Source: an uncultured Bacilli bacterium
GTDB taxonomy: Bacteria > Bacillota_I > Bacilli_A > RF39 > UBA660
Reading direction: 5' to 3'
Assembly: GCA_944359095.1 (NCBI GenBank)
Contig: CALVSS010000002.1
Span: forward strand, 1 to 44,627
Length of the DNA: 44,627 nt
Numbering within the stretch: position 1 is the stretch's first letter; every line of letters starts with the position of its first letter. Position numbers and translations under genes: made by a program. A model generated the notes under the pieces. That model was not told where the DNA came from, searched no databases, and was given only the letters and a program-made list of their open reading frames with translations. Positions 26,512 to 35,906 of this stretch are shown one piece after another.

Positions 26512-28002
26512 TTAATAGAATGCTAATGGGTTTACTGGTCTACCACCACGATATGGGAATCCTCTCCAAATAGCGAAGTGTACATGAACTCCGGTTGCGG
26601 CTCCTGTCATACCCATGTTTCCTATTATTTGTCCTTTTACTACATAGTCACCAACTTTAACTTTTCTTGATCCAGATACCATATGAGCATAAAGTGAATA
26701 GTATCCATTTCCGTGATCAATTGTGATATATTCTCCGTTATCATATTTATAAGCAGATTGAACTACTATTCCGTCATTGGCAGCAAATATGTTAGAACCG
26801 TATCCACATCCAGCAATATCGATGGCATCGTGTAATACTCCCCATCTATATCCAAATGGACTTGAGACAGATGAACAAGTTGCTGGCCATCCCCATTCTC
26901 CAGCAGTTGCAACAACGCTTCCATAACCAACATAACTAGATTTTTTACCACCTTTGACAACAATTTCATTTGTTGGCTCTTTTAATACTTTATCTTCTTC
27001 TGGTACTGGTGCAACAGATACTGTTTGACCATTTATTTTTTGTACCTTTTGAGTTTTTCTAGTTACTCCTTTTACTCCTGCCTGTATTACTTGACTATAA
27101 CCTACTACTTTATCATTGTCATATTGAGTTTCTGTTTGATAATTTGTTTCTTCATCAAAGACAACGTGATCTTCTTCTACGACACTGATTTGAGGCTTTA
27201 AAATACCTAATGTTACTTCTTGTCCTGCATATAGAAGAGTGTTGGCACTTGTAAATTCTGGATTGGCAATTAAAAATTCTTCCGTAGATATTTTATTATT
27301 AAATGAGATTTCTGAAATGGTGTCTCCTGGTTGAACTACATATTTTTGTTGATCCTTTGTTGTACCGAACATTAAATATCTACTTAACGTATTTGTATCT
27401 TGATATATTGTAGCATCCACTGGAATATTTTTTTTAGTAATTGTAATTTTATTTTCTAGATAAATCCTTTCAATTAATTTTCCAGTATCTTTGATTTCCT
27501 CTTGTGTATCATTGGCATAGTTGGAATAATCTTCATCAGATACAAAAGAGTGAACAACATTATCTACGGCATCTTCAAATGTTTTTTTATTTAGAACGTA
27601 AATAGTTTGATTTTTTCCTTTTATTTTTGTTCCATCTACGGCTTGAGAATCAACACCACTTATTTTTATAGCATATCCTTTAATAGTAAATGGTGATATA
27701 TCTTTAATCTTATTATAAATCTCTTTTACAGAAGATATATCATTATCAAAAGTTATTTCTTTTTCAATATCAAGATCTTCTGGTAAATATACTTTATCAA
27801 CATTAAATTTTTCTTTAATTTGATTTTGTTGTTTATTTATATATTCTTCCAATTCGTTTTTAGATTTAATTATTCCTATAGATTTTCCTTTTAAATATAC
27901 ACGGTATACAGTATTTGGCTTGGGATAAGTAAATGCTGTTACTAATGGTAATGAAAATCCTAGTAGAAATATTACTAGTAATTTAGGAATTCTTTTAGTC
28001 AT
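26512..28002 (-). CDS. Secreted LysM-G5-M23 peptidoglycan endopeptidase
   Basis: Signal/anchor helix; LysM (YVVQPGDTISEISFNN...); G5-like segment (VVFDEETNYQTETQYDND...VVKG). Intact M23 site (HDAID, HVHFAI). Start at ATG 28002, after a GGGGTGA RBS. Confidence 0.85.
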   Translation of the reverse strand: MTKRIPKLLVIFLLGFSLPLVTAFTYPKPNTVYRVYLKGKSIGIIKSKNELEEYINKQQNQIKEKFNVDKVYLPEDLDIEKEITFDNDISSVKEIYNKIKDISPFTIKGYAIKISGVDSQAVDGTKIKGKNQTIYVLNKKTFEDAVDNVVHSFVSDEDYSNYANDTQEEIKDTGKLIERIYLENKITITKKNIPVDATIYQDTNTLSRYLMFGTTKDQQKYVVQPGDTISEISFNNKISTEEFLIANPEFTSANTLLYAGQEVTLGILKPQISVVEEDHVVFDEETNYQTETQYDNDKVVGYSQVIQAGVKGVTRKTQKVQKINGQTVSVAPVPEEDKVLKEPTNEIVVKGGKKSSYVGYGSVVATAGEWGWPATCSSVSSPFGYRWGVLHDAIDIAGCGYGSNIFAANDGIVVQSAYKYDNGEYITIDHGNGYYSLYAHMVSGSRKVKVGDYVVKGQIIGNMGMTGAATGVHVHFAIWRGFPYRGGRPVNPLAFY

Positions 28003-28003
28003 T

Positions 28004-29353
28004 TTATTCTTCACCCCTATTTCCTTTACTTAGGTTTAACATAGTTGAAGTATCCTTTTTGAATAATAATTCTACTGTTGCGGTTGGTCCATTACGGTGT
28101 TTTCCAATAATTAATTCAACGATACTTGTATTATCTTCGTTTCTTGCTTCTTTTTTATAGTAATCATCTCTATATAAGAAAGCTACAATATCAGCATCTT
28201 GTTCGATAGATCCTGATTCACGTAAATCACTCATAATTGGTCGTTTATCTTCTCGAGATTCAACACTACGTGATAATTGGGAAAGAGCTATTACAGGGAC
28301 TTGTAGTTCCATTGCTAATGTTTTTAAACTTCTGGAAATATCAGATACTTCTTGTTGTCTATTTGCTCCATAGTTTTTTCCACCAGATATTAACTGTAAA
28401 TAATCTATTACAACTAATCCTAAGCCTTTCTCACTACTTGCTAATCTACGACATTTTGCTCTAATTTCTCCAATTGTTATACCTGGAGTATCGTCCATTA
28501 CTAAGTTGGTATTAGATAGCTGAGATACTGCTTCATTGATTCTTTTCCAATCTGTATTCATTAAATTACCAGTACGTAATTTAAATCCATCTACTTGACC
28601 TAAAGAAGAAATAATACGAATTGCTAATTGTTCGGCACTCATTTCTAGATTAAATAAGGCTACTGCTTTATCTTGGGTCATTGCAGCATGGGTTGCTAAA
28701 TTAAGTGCAAAGACTGTTTTTCCCATTGCTGGACGGGCTGCTATAATAATTAATTCATTAGGATGAAATCCTGTCGTTAATTTATCAATATCATACCAAC
28801 CTGTTGCTAAACCTGTTACTTCTCCTTTATTTTCTGATAATTTTTCTAGATCAGATTGTGTTTTTTGAAGTATTTCTTTTATGGTTTTAAATTCACTGGA
28901 TTTTCTATTCTTTACTATGTTTAATATTTTCTTCTCGGAGTTGTCTAATATTTCATTTACTGTTTCATCTGTTCTATATCCTTCAGATGCAATATCTGTT
29001 GCTGTTTCAATTAATTTTCTTAGAATAGATGCATCTTCTACATTTTTTATATAATAGTCAATATTACTTGCTGTTGGTACAAAGTTTAAAACTTCTGTTA
29101 AGTATTCTACTCCACCAATTTCAGTTAATTGATTATTCTTTTTTAAATATCCTGTTACCGTAGTAATATCAATAGGTGTCTTTTCATCTACTAGGGCATT
29201 CATAGCTGCAAAAATCTTGCCATTTTTTTCATCATAAAAAGAGTCTGCAGTTAAATTTTCACAGGCTTTTTGTAATGCGTATTTTGAAAGGAAGCAGGCT
29301 CCTAAGACAGATTCTTCTGCTTCTATATTATTGGGCATTGTCTTTAATGGCAT
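28004..29353 (-). CDS. dnaB: Replicative DNA helicase (DnaB family; called DnaC in B. subtilis)
   Basis: 449 aa with Walker A ARPAMGKT, the LVVIDYLQL motif and SDLRESGSIEQDAD. Confidence 0.95.
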   Translation of the reverse strand: MPLKTMPNNIEAEESVLGACFLSKYALQKACENLTADSFYDEKNGKIFAAMNALVDEKTPIDITTVTGYLKKNNQLTEIGGVEYLTEVLNFVPTASNIDYYIKNVEDASILRKLIETATDIASEGYRTDETVNEILDNSEKKILNIVKNRKSSEFKTIKEILQKTQSDLEKLSENKGEVTGLATGWYDIDKLTTGFHPNELIIIAARPAMGKTVFALNLATHAAMTQDKAVALFNLEMSAEQLAIRIISSLGQVDGFKLRTGNLMNTDWKRINEAVSQLSNTNLVMDDTPGITIGEIRAKCRRLASSEKGLGLVVIDYLQLISGGKNYGANRQQEVSDISRSLKTLAMELQVPVIALSQLSRSVESREDKRPIMSDLRESGSIEQDADIVAFLYRDDYYKKEARNEDNTSIVELIIGKHRNGPTATVELLFKKDTSTMLNLSKGNRGEE

Positions 29354-29363
29354 ATTTTCACCT

Positions 29364-29804
29364 CTATTTTATGATATGTGCTTTGATTGTTGCTTTGATT
29401 CCTGGATATAGGTTTATATCAACACGATGAAATCCTAAACTTGACATTGCTGTTGTTAATTCTATTTGACTTTTTTCTATTTTATATCCAGCTTTTAGTA
29501 GTGCGTCCTTTACTTGTTTTAAACTTACACTACCAAATACTTTATCTCCTTCTCCTGTTTTAACCTTAAAATCTAAAACTAGTTTATCTAATTCTAATTT
29601 TAACTTTTCTGCTTCTTTCTTTTTAGCTTCATCTTCTAAAGCCTTGGATTTCTTTTCTTTTTCTAATTTAGCTAAATTTTCTTTAGTTTTTATAACAGCA
29701 TAACCGTTTTTTATAAGAAAATTTTCTGCATATCCTTCTTTTACGTTTTTAATTTCTCCCTTTTTACCTTGGTTTTTTAAATCTTTAATGAAAATTACTT
29801 CCAT
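29364..29804 (-). CDS. rplI: 50S ribosomal protein L9
   Basis: [30 protein letters not shown]. Start at ATG 29804, after an AAGGTGA RBS. Confidence 0.9.
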   Translation of the reverse strand: MEVIFIKDLKNQGKKGEIKNVKEGYAENFLIKNGYAVIKTKENLAKLEKEKKSKALEDEAKKKEAEKLKLELDKLVLDFKVKTGEGDKVFGSVSLKQVKDALLKAGYKIEKSQIELTTAMSSLGFHRVDINLYPGIKATIKAHIIK

Positions 29805-29805
29805 T

Positions 29806-30795
29806 TTATTCACCTTCTTCTTCAGATATTGCTTTTTTTAATTCTTGTTCTACTTTACTTATTGTTGTATTTTCAAATCTAGCAGCACCATTATAATGGT
29901 TTCCACCGCCACCTAATTTCTCTAGAATATTCGTAATATCATAATTTCCTAAACTTCTAGCACTAATACCTATGGTGTCCTTACCTATTTTTCCTATTAC
30001 AAAAGATGCTTCTATATTATTAAAGAAAAGTAAGGTATCAGCAACCTTGGCTAAATCTTCTCTTCTATAAATTGTATATGGACTTGCTTTTGTAAAAGCT
30101 ATTTTCTTATTAATTGTTTCAATGTCTGTTAATAATTTTTGACGTTCAGTATATTCTTCAATATCTTGTTTTAATAGGTATTGTACTTTTTTGGCACTAG
30201 CTCCTAGATTGGCTAAATAATAAGCTGCATAATAGGTCTCAGCACTAGTCTTTAAAGTAAAGTTGTTCGTATCTAGAACAATTCCTGATAATAATACAGT
30301 TGCATAATATGGGTCTAGTTCGACATCATAAAACTCTGTTAGTTCTGTAATCATTTCGCATGTGCTTGATACTTCGTCATCGTCAATAATTAAAGCATTT
30401 TTAATAGTTGTTTTTCCTAAATCATGATGGTCAATAATTACTTTTTGATCTATTTTCTTTAAAACACTTTGATTTTGTACTAATTCTGTCTTATTTGTAT
30501 CTAGAATAATTAATAGGTTTTTCTTGTTATTGGGATAGATATATTTATCTATATCTTCTCCTTTTATTATAGGAATACATCCTTCTAATTCCTTTAATAT
30601 TTTTTCAACACCTAATTCATGTTTTTTATCATCTATAATAATATAGCAATCTTTTTTTCTTTTCTTTAATAATAAGCTTAGACCAACACAGCTTCCAAGA
30701 GCATCTAAATCTAAGTCTTTATGAGCCATTAAGAAGATTACTTTTGCTTTTCGTATATGCTTATTTAAAGCACGTCTTTGTTCAATTATCTTCAT
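29806..30795 (-). CDS. Stand-alone DHH/DHHA1 phosphodiesterase in the gdpP (yybT) position
   Basis: 329 aa with [17 protein letters not shown] and [11 protein letters not shown] motifs. No TM, PAS or GGDEF region. Lies between rpsR and rplI. Confidence 0.75.
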   Translation of the reverse strand: MKIIEQRRALNKHIRKAKVIFLMAHKDLDLDALGSCVGLSLLLKKRKKDCYIIIDDKKHELGVEKILKELEGCIPIIKGEDIDKYIYPNNKKNLLIILDTNKTELVQNQSVLKKIDQKVIIDHHDLGKTTIKNALIIDDDEVSSTCEMITELTEFYDVELDPYYATVLLSGIVLDTNNFTLKTSAETYYAAYYLANLGASAKKVQYLLKQDIEEYTERQKLLTDIETINKKIAFTKASPYTIYRREDLAKVADTLLFFNNIEASFVIGKIGKDTIGISARSLGNYDITNILEKLGGGGNHYNGAARFENTTISKVEQELKKAISEEEGE

Positions 30796-30821
30796 TTTTG
30801 CCTCCTGTGTTCTTCTTTCTT

Positions 30822-30850
30822 ATTATATAATACTTTCTTTCGTTTGTAAA
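30822..30850 (-). promoter_or_regulatory. Sigma-A-type promoter for the DHH-rplI-dnaB operon
   Basis: On the minus strand: TTTACA, 17-bp spacer, TATAAT, directly after the rpsR terminator. Confidence 0.5.
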
Positions 30851-30852
30851 AT

Positions 30853-30877
30853 GAAAAAAGAGTTCACATGGAACTCT
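30853..30877 (-). terminator. Rho-independent terminator after rpsR
   Basis: AGAGTTC (30859-30865) pairs with GAACTCT (30871-30877), 5-nt loop, then a T-run on the minus strand. Confidence 0.7.
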
Positions 30878-30882
30878 AATTA

Positions 30883-31098
30883 TTATCTTGTATAAGGCAT
30901 TAAAGCGATTGCTCTTGCTCTTTTTACTTGTTTTGAAATATATCTTTGATGACGAGCACAGTTACCAGTAACTCTTCTTGAAACAATTTTTCCTTTTTCA
31001 TTTACATATCTTTTTAATGTTTCAGGATTTTTATAGTCAACAGTAGCACCAGTACACATCATACAAACTTTTTTCTTTCTGCGTCCAAATTCTGCCAT
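30883..31098 (-). CDS. rpsR: 30S ribosomal protein S18
   Basis: [12 protein letters not shown]...[11 protein letters not shown]...GNCARHQR. Start at ATG 31098, after a GGAGGAAG RBS. Confidence 0.95.
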   Translation of the reverse strand: MAEFGRRKKKVCMMCTGATVDYKNPETLKRYVNEKGKIVSRRVTGNCARHQRYISKQVKRARAIALMPYTR

Positions 31099-31114
31099 CT
31101 TTCTTCCTCCTTTT

Positions 31115-31630
31115 TTAGAATGGTAATTCATCATCGCTTATTTCAATACTTGAACCGAAATCAGCGAAAGGATTGCTATCTACATCTGTGCCTTTTGGCT
31201 CTGGATTTGATCCGAAGTCATAAGGTGTAGGATTTGTAGTGTTTCTAGGTTGTGAACCTACACTATTCACATTTGTAGTTGCATTAACATTGGTATTCAT
31301 ATTATTAGAGGATCCCTTTGAACCAAGAAATTCAACATTATCAGCTACGACTTCTGTTACATAACGTCTTTGACCATTTTGATCATCATAAGTTCTAGTT
31401 TGAATACGTCCATCTATTGCTACTTGACTACCTTGAGAAAGATAGTTTTTTACATTTTCTGCTTGTTTTCTCCAAACTACAATATTAATGAAATCAGCTT
31501 CTCTTTCACCATTGGCATTTGTGAAGTTTCTGTTTACAGCTAAAGAGAAGGTTGCAACAGCAGTATTACTTCCTGTATATCTTAATTCTGGGTCTCTAGT
31601 TAATCTTCCAATTAAAAATACTTTATTCAT
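31115..31630 (-). CDS. ssb: Single-stranded DNA-binding protein
   Basis: OB fold ([19 protein letters not shown]), a disordered N/T/P-rich linker and the acidic tip DDELPF. Confidence 0.95.
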   Translation of the reverse strand: MNKVFLIGRLTRDPELRYTGSNTAVATFSLAVNRNFTNANGEREADFINIVVWRKQAENVKNYLSQGSQVAIDGRIQTRTYDDQNGQRRYVTEVVADNVEFLGSKGSSNNMNTNVNATTNVNSVGSQPRNTTNPTPYDFGSNPEPKGTDVDSNPFADFGSSIEISDDELPF

Positions 31631-31644
31631 ATTATACCTCTTTA

Positions 31645-31932
31645 TTAGTCTTCTACTTTTACGATTAAATGACGTAATAAGTTTTCATTGATTCTTACAA
31701 CTCGGTCGAATTCAGCAACAGCTTCTGGTGTTGCTTCAACTACGAATAAGTAATAATATCCTGTTTTAAACTTGTTAATTTCGTATGCTAATTCTCTAGG
31801 TCCCATTGCCTTTTCTTCTAGCATTTTTGCTTTTTGATCTTCTAAGACTTTCTTTAAGTTTTCTGCTGTTTTTTGAATTTCTGTTTCTTCCATATCAGGT
31901 CTTACGATGAACATAATTTCATACTTTCTCAT
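31645..31932 (-). CDS. rpsF: 30S ribosomal protein S6
   Basis: MRKYEIMFIVRPD...YYYLFVVEA. Confidence 0.95.
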   Translation of the reverse strand: MRKYEIMFIVRPDMEETEIQKTAENLKKVLEDQKAKMLEEKAMGPRELAYEINKFKTGYYYLFVVEATPEAVAEFDRVVRINENLLRHLIVKVED

Positions 31933-31998
31933 TTTTTACACCTCCTTTTGGACTAATGGCTACATCAGTAGCAAGGAGTATTTAAAATACTCGTTAGT
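31933..31998 (-). promoter_or_regulatory. Structured 5' leader of the rpsF-ssb-rpsR operon (candidate S6:S18 autoregulatory leader)
   Basis: Minus-strand RNA has hairpins GAGTATT/AATACTC and GCTAC/GTAGC. CTCCTT can pair with the AAGGAG Shine-Dalgarno. Confidence 0.4.
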
Positions 31999-32027
31999 AT
32001 TATAGCAACATTTTATATGTTTGTCTA
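31999..32027 (-). promoter_or_regulatory. Sigma-A-type promoter for rpsF
   Basis: On the minus strand: TAGACA, 17-bp spacer, TGcTATAAT (extended -10). Confidence 0.5.
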
Positions 32028-32047
32028 GATTATTTTGATACTAATTC

Positions 32048-32842
32048 TTATTTTTCTATACTTTGATAAAAACATCCTACAAAGTTTTGTCCTATATTTT
32101 TTGTTTTATCTCGTACTTCCTCTGTATGGGAATAATAATCTTTATTGGTATATGTATCTATAGGACTTTCTTTTATATTTTCTATTTTTATCTTTTCTTT
32201 AGCTAGTTGTTTTTTGATTGCCTTTATTAAATCTATATAATAAATATCTCCTTTTTTAGTAATACATTCTTTCCACACTTCTTGATTCGTAGCCCAGGCT
32301 GGATATTTATCATATTGGTAGTTTTCTTTTTTTATACAACTTCCTATATAGATATGTATATCCTCTGGGTTACTATTTACTTCTTTCTTTAAAGCTTCTA
32401 CTGTCCATCTTGGCACTTCCCTATTAATTTGTTTAGCACCACAGTGTGAAACTGCTGCAACTTGTTTTTTTGTATCTTCTGCAATTACGATTGGACAGTC
32501 TGCCATTCTGTGTCCTATCACGATGTTAGGATTTTGACTATCGATTAGAAGAATATCACATGGTAGTTTTTCATACCAATGATCTTCTTGTAATAGATTT
32601 TCTTTTTGTATTTTAATGTAGGTGCCATCTGGATACTCTATATTTTTTTCTACATCTTTTTGTTGTGGTTGAGTTATATTTTTTCCATTAAAATTGTATT
32701 TTTTCCCAATTTTGTCTTTAACTTTCGATAGCTCATTTCTTCTATCTTGTTCTGTATAATTTTCAGGGTAAAATTTTTTTGCTAAACTCATACAGCCGTC
32801 ATTTCTATTAGTTTCAAATATGATTAGTTGATATTTTTTCAT
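32048..32842 (-). CDS. YfiH/PgeF (Cu-oxidase_4, DUF152) family protein
   Basis: HRMADCPIV and AAVSHCGAKQ fit the ADC-P and HxGW-type motifs of the family, though divergent. A conserved downstream Cys is present (GSCIKKENY). Confidence 0.65.
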   Translation of the reverse strand: MKKYQLIIFETNRNDGCMSLAKKFYPENYTEQDRRNELSKVKDKIGKKYNFNGKNITQPQQKDVEKNIEYPDGTYIKIQKENLLQEDHWYEKLPCDILLIDSQNPNIVIGHRMADCPIVIAEDTKKQVAAVSHCGAKQINREVPRWTVEALKKEVNSNPEDIHIYIGSCIKKENYQYDKYPAWATNQEVWKECITKKGDIYYIDLIKAIKKQLAKEKIKIENIKESPIDTYTNKDYYSHTEEVRDKTKNIGQNFVGCFYQSIEK

Positions 32843-32862
32843 TATTCTTTCCTTTTATAAAC

Positions 32863-33963
32863 TTAAACATTAAATCTAAAATGACAAATGTCTCCATCTT
32901 GCATAATATAATCCTTGCCCTCTAGTCTTGCACGTCCTGCTTCTTTTACCTTTAACTCATTTCCGTATTTTACTAAGTCTTCATATGACATAACTTCTGC
33001 TCTTATAAATCCTTTTTCAAAGTCTGTGTGAATAATTCCAGCGCATTGTTTAGCATTCATTCCTTTTTTAAATGTCCAAGCTCTTACTTCGTCCTTTCCA
33101 ACTGTGAAGTATGTTGCTAAACCTAGGATTTTATATGTTGCTTGAATTAATTTATCTAGTCCAGAACCATCCATACCAAGGGCTTCTAACATTTCTTCTT
33201 TTTCTTCTTTTGTTAATTCACTTAAATCTTCTTCTACTTTTGCACATAGACTTACTACTTGTGCATCTTCTTTAGCAGCGTATTCTTTTACTTGTTTTAC
33301 ATATTCATTGTCTGGATTACCTATTTCACTTTCTTTTATGTTTGCTAAATATATGATTGGTTTAATTGTAAGAAAACTATAGGATTTTAATAATTTTAAT
33401 TCATCTTCTGTAAAATTTACTTGTCTTAGTGGTTTATTTTCTTCTAAGGCTTTTTTGGCTTTTTCTAAGGCTTCTAATTCTGTTACATCATCTTTGTTTT
33501 TGGTGGTTCTAGCTTTTTTAGATACTCTTTCTAGTCTATTATTAATAACATCTAAATCTGCTATAGCTAACTCTAGATTAATTGTTTCAATATCTCTTAT
33601 TGGATCAATATTTCCGTCTACGTGAATTATTTTTCCATCATCAAAGCAACGAACAACTTCTACAATAGCATCTACTTCTCTAATATGAGATAAGAATTTG
33701 TTTCCTAATCCTTCTCCTTGAGATGCTCCTTTTACTAATCCTGCTATATCTGTAAACTCATAAGCTGTTGGTATAAATCTTTCTGGATTATACATTTCTT
33801 TTAATTTGTCCATTCTCTCGTCTGGTACTGTAACAACTCCTACATTTGGTTCAATGGTTGCAAATGGATAATTTTCTGCTAATATTTTTTGATTTGTAAT
33901 GGCATTAAAAAGTGTTGATTTTCCTACATTTGGTAATCCCACTATTCCTGCTGTTAAACTCAT
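32863..33963 (-). CDS. ychF: Ribosome-binding ATPase YchF
   Basis: GIVGLPNVGKSTLFNA P-loop, the coiled-coil insert and the C-terminal TGS domain (AGIIHTDFEKGFIRAEV). Confidence 0.95.
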   Translation of the reverse strand: MSLTAGIVGLPNVGKSTLFNAITNQKILAENYPFATIEPNVGVVTVPDERMDKLKEMYNPERFIPTAYEFTDIAGLVKGASQGEGLGNKFLSHIREVDAIVEVVRCFDDGKIIHVDGNIDPIRDIETINLELAIADLDVINNRLERVSKKARTTKNKDDVTELEALEKAKKALEENKPLRQVNFTEDELKLLKSYSFLTIKPIIYLANIKESEIGNPDNEYVKQVKEYAAKEDAQVVSLCAKVEEDLSELTKEEKEEMLEALGMDGSGLDKLIQATYKILGLATYFTVGKDEVRAWTFKKGMNAKQCAGIIHTDFEKGFIRAEVMSYEDLVKYGNELKVKEAGRARLEGKDYIMQDGDICHFRFNV

Positions 33964-34083
33964 AATTATACCTCTTTTCTTTTTTTCTTGTTATATTTAC
34001 AGTTCTATTTTATCATATTCTATCATTTCTGGCTCTTTTTTTGTTTTATTCGGTTTTATTATATATTATTTTTTATTTTTTTC

Positions 34084-34108
34084 AAGAAAAAAACACCGAG
34101 CGGTGTTT
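34084..34108 (-). terminator. Rho-independent terminator after the AbgT-family gene
   Basis: AAACACC (34091-34097) pairs with GGTGTTT (34102-34108), GAGC loop, then 7 T on the minus strand. Confidence 0.75.
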
Positions 34109-35702
34109 ATAGTGTAGGATATACTCCTGGTCCTATTGGCAAGCCTGTAATATACCATCCCACTACAATTAGGATCCATGCTAAGAAAATAATTAAAAAA
34201 TATGGAGTAATCATTTTTAAGGATTTTCTAATTGTAATTGGTTTATTTTTATTTAGATTATAGATATTTAAATATCCTAGGTAAATTACAAATGAAGCTA
34301 AAACAGGAGTAAAACCATTTGTCATAGAATTTCCAACACGCATTACTATTTGGGCAAATTGTGGGGAAATATTTGATTGCATAAACATTGGAACAACAAT
34401 TGGAGAAAAGATCATCCATTTTGTTGTTGGACTTGTTGTTAAAAAGTTGGCAACTGCTATTATGATTAATGTTACAACAATTAATGGAATTCCACTAAAT
34501 TTTAAATATTCTAGTAAACTTGCTAACCAAGCTGTAACAATTAATCCAATATTTGTTTCTTTTAATACAGCTATGAATTGAGATACAACAAAGATTAATA
34601 CAAAAATGTAACTTGTTTTACTAAATTTATATCCTATTTCTTCTATTAATGCTTTATCGTTTTTAATAGATTTTGCTCCAATTCCATAAGCTAATCCCAT
34701 TAATACTAGTAATAATGTTACTAAGTATGTAAATCCTGATTGAAAATATGATGTTTCACCAAATAATTGCTTTAAATATGTTTTTTCATTCATGTCTAAC
34801 AACATACCAGAGTATGGTAAATTTGGTATTAACATGTAAATAAATAAAAGTATTACTATGATTCCAGTAATGAAAGCAAAACGTAATCCTCTTTTTTCAT
34901 ATTTTTCGCGTTCTATTCTTTTTTGTTCTTCTTCTTCTAAGTTGATAATTCTATATTGTTCTGTTTTAGCATATTCTTCTTCTTTTTTATATTTTCCTAT
35001 TTTTGGAGCTATTATTTTTTCAATAATAAATGTTCCTATAATAGATATTAAAATTGACGTTGCTATGATAAAGAATAAATTAGATGTTAACGCAATATGG
35101 GTATTATTATCAATTAGCCATGCTGCGTATTTCGTATAGTCCATTAGAGCTACTTCCATGGATCCTACAAAGATTGTAACTCCATATCCAAAACTTACAC
35201 CACAGAAGGCAGTAATGATACCTAAAATTGGATTTCTTCCATTAATAAAATAAATTAAAGCAACTAATGGAATTAGTATTGCATATCCTACTTCATTTAT
35301 TAATGACGATATAGTTGCAACAAATAGAATTATAAAGGTAAATACTTCTTTTGGTATTTTTAAAAAATATCTTTTTGAAAGAGTTTCGATAAATCCTGTT
35401 GCTTCTGCAATTGTAATTCCAATCAATGCTAATAATAATGTTCCTAATGGTGTAAAACTAATAAAGTTTGTTGTTGCATCTCCTATTAAAAATTTCATTC
35501 CATCAAAACTGAATAAATTCTTGACTGCTACTAATGTAGGCTCAAGTTCATTGGTATTTGGATTAATAGTATTATAAGTTGCTTGCATTTCAAATGCTGA
35601 TAATATTCCACTTAAAATTATGATTAAAAAAATTAAAAATAGAAATACCGTAATGGGATGGAAATAAAATTTCTTGAGTCTTAATTTTCTTTTCTCTTGC
35701 AT
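34107..35702 (-). CDS. AbgT-family transporter (p-aminobenzoyl-glutamate / antimetabolite efflux family)
   Basis: 531 aa polytopic membrane protein. N-terminal RLKKFYFHPITVF and the overall length and topology are typical of AbgT/MtrF. Confidence 0.8.
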   Translation of the reverse strand: MQEKRKLRLKKFYFHPITVFLFLIFLIIILSGILSAFEMQATYNTINPNTNELEPTLVAVKNLFSFDGMKFLIGDATTNFISFTPLGTLLLALIGITIAEATGFIETLSKRYFLKIPKEVFTFIILFVATISSLINEVGYAILIPLVALIYFINGRNPILGIITAFCGVSFGYGVTIFVGSMEVALMDYTKYAAWLIDNNTHIALTSNLFFIIATSILISIIGTFIIEKIIAPKIGKYKKEEEYAKTEQYRIINLEEEEQKRIEREKYEKRGLRFAFITGIIVILLFIYMLIPNLPYSGMLLDMNEKTYLKQLFGETSYFQSGFTYLVTLLLVLMGLAYGIGAKSIKNDKALIEEIGYKFSKTSYIFVLIFVVSQFIAVLKETNIGLIVTAWLASLLEYLKFSGIPLIVVTLIIIAVANFLTTSPTTKWMIFSPIVVPMFMQSNISPQFAQIVMRVGNSMTNGFTPVLASFVIYLGYLNIYNLNKNKPITIRKSLKMITPYFLIIFLAWILIVVGWYITGLPIGPGVYPTL

Positions 35703-35705
35703 ATT

Positions 35706-35906
35706 TTATCCTTCCTCAGAAATTATTTTTTTTAGTTTCTTATTGAATTCTATTCTTGGTATTAAAACTGTTCTTCCACAGTTTATACATTTTATTTTGA
35801 TATCTGCACCTACTCTAGTAACTTCCCACTCATTTGTTCCACAGGGATGAGGCTTTTTCATTACTACTTTGGTTCCAACTTTATAGTTATTATTATTATT
35901 TTCCAT
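35706..35906 (-). CDS. DUF951 (YyzM-like) small protein
   Basis: 66 aa with KKPHPCGTNEWEV...CINCGR, a Cys4 zinc-ribbon-like pattern. Origin-proximal position as in Bacillus. Confidence 0.65.
   Translation of the reverse strand: MENNNNNYKVGTKVVMKKPHPCGTNEWEVTRVGADIKIKCINCGRTVLIPRIEFNKKLKKIISEEG

Noticed and set aside
28214-28229. parS-like imperfect palindrome TGATTCACGTAAATCA inside dnaB
   Set aside because: It has three mismatches to the TGTTNCACGTGAAACA consensus, and it encodes the highly conserved DLRESG helicase motif, so the sequence is explained by coding constraint. By eye I found no convincing parS or Noc-binding site (ATTTCCCGGGAAAT-like) anywhere in the window. The scan was not exhaustive.
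33027-33035. Isolated perfect TTATNCACA DnaA-box matches: reverse strand TTATTCACA here and at 44049-44057 in jag. One-mismatch boxes also occur at 18-26, 9333-9341, 9812-9820, 14553-14561 and 14598-14606.
   Set aside because: At this base composition a few perfect and roughly a dozen or more one-mismatch hits are expected by chance in about 45 kb on both strands. These all lie inside coding sequence with no tight clustering that I could show to exceed background.
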